From: Rhodosorus marinus CCMP1338 | Taxonomy: Eukaryota; Plantae; Rhodophyta | Length of the DNA: 64,000 nt | Direction of reading: 5' to 3' | Assembly: GCA_029953675.1 (NCBI GenBank) | Contig: JAMWBK010000011.1 | Span: 1,378,051-1,442,050 of the forward strand | In this document: positions 57,864 to 64,000 of the stretch, piece by piece | Numbering within the stretch: the stretch's first letter is position 1 | Layout: each line of letters opens with the position of its first letter | Program-made: the position numbers and the translations under genes | The notes under the pieces: model-generated | Database searches by the model: none | Seen by the model: only the letters and a program-made list of their open reading frames with translations | What the model was told of the DNA's origin: nothing

Positions 57864-59102
57864 ATGCCAAACACTGGCACTTCCCCTTCGTTTGGGGAGG
57901 GGAATTCGAAGAATACCGGTGCAATGAGCGGAATGCTGCCTGCCTCTCCAATTGCTGAACGAGAGGACGGGCATGGGTCACATGATGGACTACAAGCGAC
58001 TACTTTACGCCCAGAAGAACCGTGCCAGGAGGGGAGTCGGACAGAGCCTTCTACGTCATCCTCTCCCGCTAACACGTTCCTCCACCAACTTCGAAGCTAC
58101 GATCAGTGCTATCACGCCCTCGGAATTGGGGAGCAGGACATCGCGAACTTCTACAAAGCAGTCTTCAATCTCTACTCGCGAATTAACAGTACCACAGAGA
58201 TACATAATGTCACCAGCCGCCTCACGGAACTTGCACAGAAGCCCCACATGTGGCAAGCTTCTGCACAGACTTCGAATCCCTCGGGAGCTTCGGCGCATCA
58301 CCGGCCGACGGCGGTGGTCAATCAACTTGCGGCCGGAACGGGCTTCAATCAAGTTCCAGTCGGGACAGGTGTCCCTGCGGGTGTCCGGTTTGAGACGGCT
58401 TTCCCGGCCCTTGGGAATGACACCCCCAGACCCACCTACGCGGCGGTTTCGGCGGTAGAAGTACCAGAGAACGGTGTAGAGACACCCATCCGCACCATGC
58501 GAAGGCCTGGGCCGCAGACGCAACATGCCGCCCTGAAGCAGTTACACGCCACAGTGGGAGGGGCCAGCTGGGGCCCTGAGACCACGCCAGTGCTTGTTAC
58601 CCTCCGAAATATCCGTCCCCCACGACAGGATGAGGTGGCTGCTTCTGACTTCACTACGGTCCTCTGCCGGGCGTTGGGCATTCCCGGCTCGTATGTGGCG
58701 CATTTGGACTTTATCTCTTCACACGTGAGCCTCGTGTGCCACCCTGATGCAATTCCTCTTCTCCAAAGCGCAATCAGCCGGGGTGTGTTCCGGACTGGGA
58801 TTTTCGGATCCTTTACCATGCGACACCCCGATCGACAGGTGAGCCTGTACACCGGGCACGGTTTAGAGGCGGATAACCTGCTGGGGTTCAACGAGCGGCA
58901 ACGACTCGCCGGCGGAGATGTCAGGGCTCAAACGCTGAGACGAGCGATCGAGCAGATCATACGCATCCGCGCGCGGCTGAGCCGTCGACATCTCTCGTTT
59001 ACAACTCTCGCCCGAGTGCACGAGATGCTGGACCAACGGCTTGAAAAGTTACAAGCCCTTCAACAGCAACCTGCGGTATCCAGGAGAGCGCGGAACCCCT
59101 AA
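57864..59102 (+). CDS. T1 ORF1 (gag-like; probably extends to 59446 in another frame)
   Basis: 412-aa ORF. The central region is homologous to D-group ORF1. An overlapping frame is open from 59045 to 59446 and encodes a peptide conserved at 25300-25370 (minus strand). Confidence 0.75.
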   Translation: MPNTGTSPSFGEGNSKNTGAMSGMLPASPIAEREDGHGSHDGLQATTLRPEEPCQEGSRTEPSTSSSPANTFLHQLRSYDQCYHALGIGEQDIANFYKAVFNLYSRINSTTEIHNVTSRLTELAQKPHMWQASAQTSNPSGASAHHRPTAVVNQLAAGTGFNQVPVGTGVPAGVRFETAFPALGNDTPRPTYAAVSAVEVPENGVETPIRTMRRPGPQTQHAALKQLHATVGGASWGPETTPVLVTLRNIRPPRQDEVAASDFTTVLCRALGIPGSYVAHLDFISSHVSLVCHPDAIPLLQSAISRGVFRTGIFGSFTMRHPDRQVSLYTGHGLEADNLLGFNERQRLAGGDVRAQTLRRAIEQIIRIRARLSRRHLSFTTLARVHEMLDQRLEKLQALQQQPAVSRRARNP

Positions 59103-59445
59103 CGACTGCAGCCGCACCAAACGCAGCCGCTGAAGCCTCGTCGTCTCCGGACGATGCACAGGCAGCCTGTGGGACTGTTGCCACTCAGGGTGACTCCGGT
59201 GGAACATCCCAAGTACCGCAGGATGTGGAAGAAGAGGACAATCCCCATGCGGAACTCTCGTGCAACTTGCCGGAACCTCCTCAACTTAAGCGCTCGCGCC
59301 GGTCTGCCAACGGATCTAGCACGGATGCAGAAATGACACCAGCTCCCCTCGACCCCACACCGAGCGAGAATGGACTACAACCTGAAACTGCAGCCAATAC
59401 AAACCCGTCGGTTCAGCAGGAAGCGCAGGACAACGAGCAATCATA

Positions 59446-62400
59446 ATGCCGTCCAGACGCAGGGGACGTAAACGCCCACGAGAAGAGCCTCTGTTCTTCT
59501 CTGACCGGGAGGCCTGGATTTGCCGCTGGAACGCTTTCGTAGCTGAGATCACGGAGGAGGGGAGGCATTGGACGCGCATCACACATTGCCCGGTGCCCAC
59601 ACGACGCTTCGTGCCCCGAGCACACGTTTCTACATGGAGCCGGCTTCTTCGGGCTGCCCTCGAGCTTTCTCTGGACGCGACAGCACCTCCATTAGCGAGC
59701 CTGCTTCTCGTCGGCCTTCCGGGTCTGGTCCTGGGCCACTCCACCCTTGACACAGGGGTACAGGTCGCACATGTACTAGAAGGAGAGTTCCAGCGGGTCT
59801 GGACGGCCCTTGAGGAGAAAGCCGCCTCAATGAAACCCCCACCTACACCACACGGTGCCGAAGACGTTCGTCGACGAGTCGATGGCCGCCGCAAACAAGC
59901 ACTTAAACTAGCACGACTCGGCCGCCTCTCGGATGCTGCAAGAAGACTCGAGGCCACCGAAATGGCGCCTTTCACAGCGGCTACCTGGCGGCAACTACAA
60001 CAGCTCTTTCCGAGCCCCGCCAGTGTGGATTCACCGGTGGAGATTGTGGAAGCCCTCCAAGGCCTACTCACGACGGCCAACGACACACTGAAGAGGCGGT
60101 GGGATCCAAAAACGGCTGCCGACGAAGGCCTCCTCTCAATCGTGGCACGACTACCTCAAGGGACGAGCCCTGGACCGAGTGGAATGCGCGCGGAACATTT
60201 GCAAGGGGCGAACCAACAGACTCAGGTAGCACTGATTCGGGTCTTGCGCCAACTCGCCACCGCGCCCGGGCGATTCTCACCCCTTCTGCTACGAGCCTTG
60301 CGTAGCAGTAGACTTCTGCCTTTCTCGAAGCCAGCACAGGGGGGTAACTCCCAGGCCAAGGCAGGGATCCGCCCAATAGGCGTGCCGGAGGTCCTACGCA
60401 AAGTGGCAACTCAGTGGGCGCTGCGAGCGGTGATGGACCGGGTCCGCGAGCTGTTGGTGCCGTTGCAGCTGGGAATCGGGGTCAGCGGTGGCTGTGAACG
60501 GTCACTGCACGCCATCCAGGCCCACCTGTCATGTGAACCAGACTCGGTTGCACTTCGACTGGACCTCGAGAACGCCTTTAACCGCATTGACAGGCGAATT
60601 GCCAAGAAACTGGTGGCCCAGCACTTCCCTGAGCTCACAGCGGTGTATAGGCTCGGATATGGAGGCGATGGGGAAACACCGACGCTTTGTGGATGGCGGA
60701 CGACGCAAGAAGACAACCACCTGCACAAGGACAGACTGACGCTGCAAGCAGAAACCGGAGTACAACAAGGCGACCCTTTAGGTCCGGTGCTACATGCGCT
60801 CTCCCTGGCCCCTTTTCTCAAGGCACTCAGCAACAAGTTTCAGGGAGTCACGATCGTCGCCATCCATGACGACATCACTCTGGTCGGCGCATTGCCTATA
60901 TTGAAGGAGGCTCTCCAATGGGGACAGACCCTGCTACCGTGCCTTGGAGCCCGCCTGCAGCTCAGCAAATGCAGCCTTTATGGTCGATCCCTCACCACTA
61001 CACGCTTGGTGAACCGTGCGATTCCCGGCGTGCAAGTGACTAGGGAAGGCCTCACAATCCACTCCATCCCCATCGGCACTCGGCAGTACATCGAGCACGA
61101 GTGTAGACGGCTGCAGAACAAACACGAGACGCTGTTCAAGGAGATTTCGAGCCTGCCAACCGATGAACTGCCTATCCAGCTTGCGCTTTACAGGTATTGC
61201 GCTGAAACGAGGTTGGATTACACCTTGCGATGCCTTGCCTACCCGTTTGGACGAGCTCTGGCCAGGGAAGCGGACAGTATGAGCAGATACCACTTAGAGG
61301 TCTTGTTTGGTGGCCTCTGCACGACGGCCTTGGTCGAGGATGAGCTGATACACCCGGTCAACGAGCAGATTTCGTTGCCCTGCCGATGGGGCGGATTGGG
61401 GTTCGCGACCCGTGCAAGAATACAGCCGATTGCGTTCTTCTCGGCCTGGGCGCAGACCCTGAGAGACCATGCGGGTCAGTGGCCCTATATAACGGAGGTG
61501 GAGCGACAGGTCAGGCAAGGTGGCGACATACACATCAGCCACCTAGGCCGACTGCAGGTGTCAACGGAGACGATCGGTGAGCAAATCCGCGCGTCTAGTC
61601 GTGCTATAGAGCGGAGACTGTGCCCAGACACGGCGCCGCGGATCCGGAGACTGGCCAAGCTGCCCGAATTGAGAGACGAAGCCGCACCTGAAGTAGCGGA
61701 CTCCCCTCGCGATTGGAACCATGGTTCAATACAACAAACCCTCTCTAGGGAGGCACACCATCGCGCGTTCCAACGTTTGGTCGGCAACGAGGGCGTTTCG
61801 CATGAACACCGTGCAAGAATCCGATCGGCGGCCGGCTCGGGTTCGGGGGTATGGCTGCGGGAACTACCGTTGCTAGAGCCGAGAAAGCTGGACTCACAGG
61901 AATTGCAGGTAAATGTTCGACAACTGCTGGGGCTGCCGATTCCGGGGTTGCGGACAACGGAGCAGTGCACCAGTTGCCGTAGGAAACATGGCCCAAATGG
62001 GGTGCAACGATTTCAACACTGTCCAACATCGACGGGACTATGGCAGAGACGGCACGACGAGCTCTGTACGGAGCTAGGGAGATGGCTCAACCGATGGAAT
62101 TTTCTTGACATACAGCAAGAACCGCAGAGGTATTTTGAGAATTACCAGCTGCGACCAGATATCGTGGCGACCCATCCAAAGACCTTTCAAAAGTACGCGA
62201 TCGATGTGACGGTGATTTCACCGCTACAGGAAAAGTACATAAGGCGTGGCAGTGCAGAAAACGGGTATGCAGCGAAACTGGCGGAGAACTACAAGCTCGC
62301 GCACTATAAAGAGGCGATGAGTGTGGAAAAGCCCGAGGAGAAGTTCATCCCGATCGCGATAGAGACCTTTGGGCGGAGCGGGAGGTTGACGCAAGACTTT

Positions 62401-62583
62401 TTGCGGGACAGTTGTAAACACTTGTTGCATCGAGATGAGGAGCTGAGGGATGCACGATCCCAGTTAAACAGGATCCTATGGCAGGGCAACGCGGCGATTG
62501 CGCTTGGCGCTCTACGTGCGGACCAGTTGGAGAACCCACTGGTTCCTGTTTTTTCTTTTGAACGTAGCATGAGACCCCGGTAG
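59446..62583 (+). CDS. T1 ORF2: RT, zinc knuckle and restriction-like endonuclease, 1045 aa
   Basis: GIRPIGVPE, QLGIGVSGG, LDLENAFN, GVQQGDPLGP, AIHDD, LPCRWGGLG, CTSC..H..C, RRHD, RPDI..AIDV and FIPIAIETFG. Confidence 0.95.
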   Translation: MPSRRRGRKRPREEPLFFSDREAWICRWNAFVAEITEEGRHWTRITHCPVPTRRFVPRAHVSTWSRLLRAALELSLDATAPPLASLLLVGLPGLVLGHSTLDTGVQVAHVLEGEFQRVWTALEEKAASMKPPPTPHGAEDVRRRVDGRRKQALKLARLGRLSDAARRLEATEMAPFTAATWRQLQQLFPSPASVDSPVEIVEALQGLLTTANDTLKRRWDPKTAADEGLLSIVARLPQGTSPGPSGMRAEHLQGANQQTQVALIRVLRQLATAPGRFSPLLLRALRSSRLLPFSKPAQGGNSQAKAGIRPIGVPEVLRKVATQWALRAVMDRVRELLVPLQLGIGVSGGCERSLHAIQAHLSCEPDSVALRLDLENAFNRIDRRIAKKLVAQHFPELTAVYRLGYGGDGETPTLCGWRTTQEDNHLHKDRLTLQAETGVQQGDPLGPVLHALSLAPFLKALSNKFQGVTIVAIHDDITLVGALPILKEALQWGQTLLPCLGARLQLSKCSLYGRSLTTTRLVNRAIPGVQVTREGLTIHSIPIGTRQYIEHECRRLQNKHETLFKEISSLPTDELPIQLALYRYCAETRLDYTLRCLAYPFGRALAREADSMSRYHLEVLFGGLCTTALVEDELIHPVNEQISLPCRWGGLGFATRARIQPIAFFSAWAQTLRDHAGQWPYITEVERQVRQGGDIHISHLGRLQVSTETIGEQIRASSRAIERRLCPDTAPRIRRLAKLPELRDEAAPEVADSPRDWNHGSIQQTLSREAHHRAFQRLVGNEGVSHEHRARIRSAAGSGSGVWLRELPLLEPRKLDSQELQVNVRQLLGLPIPGLRTTEQCTSCRRKHGPNGVQRFQHCPTSTGLWQRRHDELCTELGRWLNRWNFLDIQQEPQRYFENYQLRPDIVATHPKTFQKYAIDVTVISPLQEKYIRRGSAENGYAAKLAENYKLAHYKEAMSVEKPEEKFIPIAIETFGRSGRLTQDFLRDSCKHLLHRDEELRDARSQLNRILWQGNAAIALGALRADQLENPLVPVFSFERSMRPR

Positions 62584-62669
62584 CGGGGTTGTTGTGAGTG
62601 ATTCCCTAGATAGCAATCGGCTTAGTGTTACGTCGCATTAGGCGACTGCCCAATAAAGCTCACGGTTAC
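62571..62669 (+). other. T-group structured 3' UTR: two hairpins, (A/G)TAAAG and terminal GGTTAC
   Basis: ACCCCG-GTAG-CGGGGT; GTCGC-ATTAG-GCGAC at 62632-62646, with compensatory variants in other subfamilies. Confidence 0.75.
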
Positions 62670-62730
62670 GTTAGTCTGGGGTAACGTTAGTCTGGGGTTA
62701 CGTTAGTCTGGGGTTACGTTAGTCTGGGGT
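62664..62730 (+). repeat. Telomere tract, about 4 repeats (one GTAAC variant)
   Basis: Direct sequence match to the terminal array. Confidence 0.95.
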
Positions 62731-63555
62731 GGGGGATCAGGAGGGGGTACTTGGCTGCGAGACTTGCCAAGGAAACACGGACGCGGCCTAAGTAGCGGAG
62801 AACTGAACCTGAGCCTTCGACAACTGTTGGGATTACCCCTGCCGGGTGTACGAATACTTAGTACGTGTACGATATGTTCCCAACCACACGACGCTGCAGG
62901 CATTCAACGCCTTCACCACTGCACCAGCTCTACCGGCAGTTGGACAATTCGGCATAACATGGTCAGGGACGCCCTGGCGACAGTGCTGAGACAATGGCGA
63001 CTAGAAGTGACAATAGAACCGACCGGACACTACCAAGGCAGTCGGCTTCGGCCTGACATTCTAGCCCGACACCCACGAACAGGCAAGCTCTACGTGATCG
63101 ATGTGAAGGTGACCTCGCCTTTGCAAAGAACACACCTCCACAAAGCGTCTTGGGAGACCGGGTATGCGGCACGGAAAGCGGAAAAGTTTAAAGAGTCCAA
63201 ATACCGTGACAGTATCGGAGAACATAACGACGACATCTTCGTCCCCTTCTGCCTGGAAACATTTGGGCAGATGGGACAACAAGCGAGTGAGTTCCTCAAG
63301 GAAGCGACTATACACCTGGATCAGCGGGCAACGCAAGTAAGTGAGGCTCGGGCGATCTTGAACCGCACTTTGTGGAAAGGAAACGCTATCCTTGCCACCC
63401 AGGCACGTCGTGTCGACGAAGCAGACTATGACATCGTCCCTATCTTAGAACGTAGCCACACAACCCATTAGGGGTTTCCTTGCTGACCAATAGGATCCTT
63501 ATTGCTTCTTAATGGGCTCCAATAGGGAGTTCTTCAGTAAAGTGTACGCGGTTAC
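62731..63555 (+). mobile_element. 5'-truncated T6 element (zinc knuckle, RLE and 3' UTR)
   Basis: ORF 62764..63471 has CTIC..H..C, RHN and RPDIL..VIDV; ends AGTAAAGTGTACGCGGTTAC. Confidence 0.9.
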
Positions 63556-64000
63556 GTTAGTCTGGGGTTAGTCTACGTTAGTCTGGGGTTACGTTAGTCT
63601 GGGGTTACGTTAGTCTGGGGTTACGTTAGTCTGGGGTTACGTTAGTCTGGGGTTACGTTAGTCTGGGGTTACGTTAGTCTGGGGTTACGTTAGTCTGGGG
63701 TTACGTTAGTCTGGGGTTACGTTAGTCTGGGGTTACGTTAGTCTGGGGTTACGTTAGTCTGGGGTTACGTTAGTCTGGGGTTACGTTAGTCTGGGGTTAC
63801 GTTAGTCTGGGGTTACGTTAGTCTGGGGTTACGTTAGTCTGGGGTTACGTTAGTCTGGGGTTACGTTAGTCTGGGGTTACGTTAGTCTGGGGTTACGTTA
63901 GTCTGGGGTTACGTTAGTCTGGGGTTACGTTAGTCTGGGGTTACGTTAGTCTGGGGTTACGTTAGTCTGGGGTTACGTTAGGGTTGGCTGTTAGTCTGTG
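63550..64000 (+). repeat. Telomeric array (GTTAGTCTGGGGTTAC)n, about 27 units
   Basis: Near-perfect 16-nt G-rich tandem array running to the sequence end; one variant unit at the start and a degenerate last ~20 nt. Confidence 0.9.

Larger units (their letters stand above)
57782..62669 (+). mobile_element. Apparently full-length telomere-inserted CRE-like non-LTR retrotransposon (T1)
   Basis: ORF1, an uninterrupted ORF2 and a structured 3' UTR ending CACGGTTAC; telomere repeats on both sides. Confidence 0.95.

Noticed and set aside
57782-57900. 5' self-cleaving ribozyme (HDV-like as in R2, or hammerhead)
   Set aside because: No hammerhead CTGA(T/N)GA..GAAA core or convincing nested double pseudoknot found by eye here or at the D 5' end. 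An Infernal/RNArobo search would be needed to exclude it.
59045-59102. Programmed -1 frameshift in T1 ORF1
   Set aside because: No canonical X XXY YYZ slippery heptamer in frame; an indel or sequencing error is simpler. It needs other copies to decide.
59316-60086. Long antisense or alternate-frame ORFs over the RT genes (also 1494..2210, 54533..55270, 56200..56850 and many others)
   Set aside because: Shadow ORFs of GC-rich coding sequence, with no recognisable motifs.
59446-62583. Bacterial RT system (group II intron, retron or DGR)
   Set aside because: The C-terminal zinc knuckle plus RLE, 5' truncations, TSDs and telomeric context identify non-LTR retrotransposons.
63981-64000. Variant repeats (GTTAGGGTTGGCTG) at the very end
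   Set aside because: Probably low-coverage consensus or read-end error.
63550-64000. Drosophila-like telomerase-free end maintained only by retroelements
   Set aside because: The terminus is a homogeneous simple-repeat array, most elements point 3' toward the end, and repeats are added to 3'-incomplete sequences. Together these fit telomerase plus parasites better. It is only excluded if TERT is found.

Overview
Eukaryotic chromosome end. The last ~450 bp are a homogeneous array of an unusual 16-nt G-rich repeat, (GTTAGTCTGGGGTTAC)n, on the + strand and running to the window end, as expected for a right-hand telomere. About half of the window is a mosaic of CRE-like (MoTeR/Cnl1/SLACS-type) non-LTR retrotransposons, each with RT, a Cys/His zinc knuckle and a restriction-like endonuclease (RLE). 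I sort them by eye into three groups by their 3' ends. The T group (at least 6 subfamilies) ends in ...GTTAC, which is part of the telomere repeat, and its members alternate with short telomere tracts. One near-intact two-ORF T copy lies at 57.8-62.7 kb between telomere tracts. The C group ends in ...AGTAAAGTCC and the D group in ...ATTAAACCATTC; both are dispersed and also leave 9-130 nt 3'-end insertions with target-site duplications (TSDs). Short interstitial telomere tracts occur back to 6.7 kb and usually end at the same register (GGGGT/GGGGTT). Five intron-poor host genes are embedded: a secreted Gly-rich/helical toxin-like protein, a secreted Lys-rich orphan, a G8-domain beta-helix protein, an ABCB transporter, and a Cys-repeat/(EPD)n/Spondin_N protein. 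The gene content would fit a unicellular alga such as a red alga, but that is inference only. Family names and boundaries are my own by-eye assignments; no searches were run.
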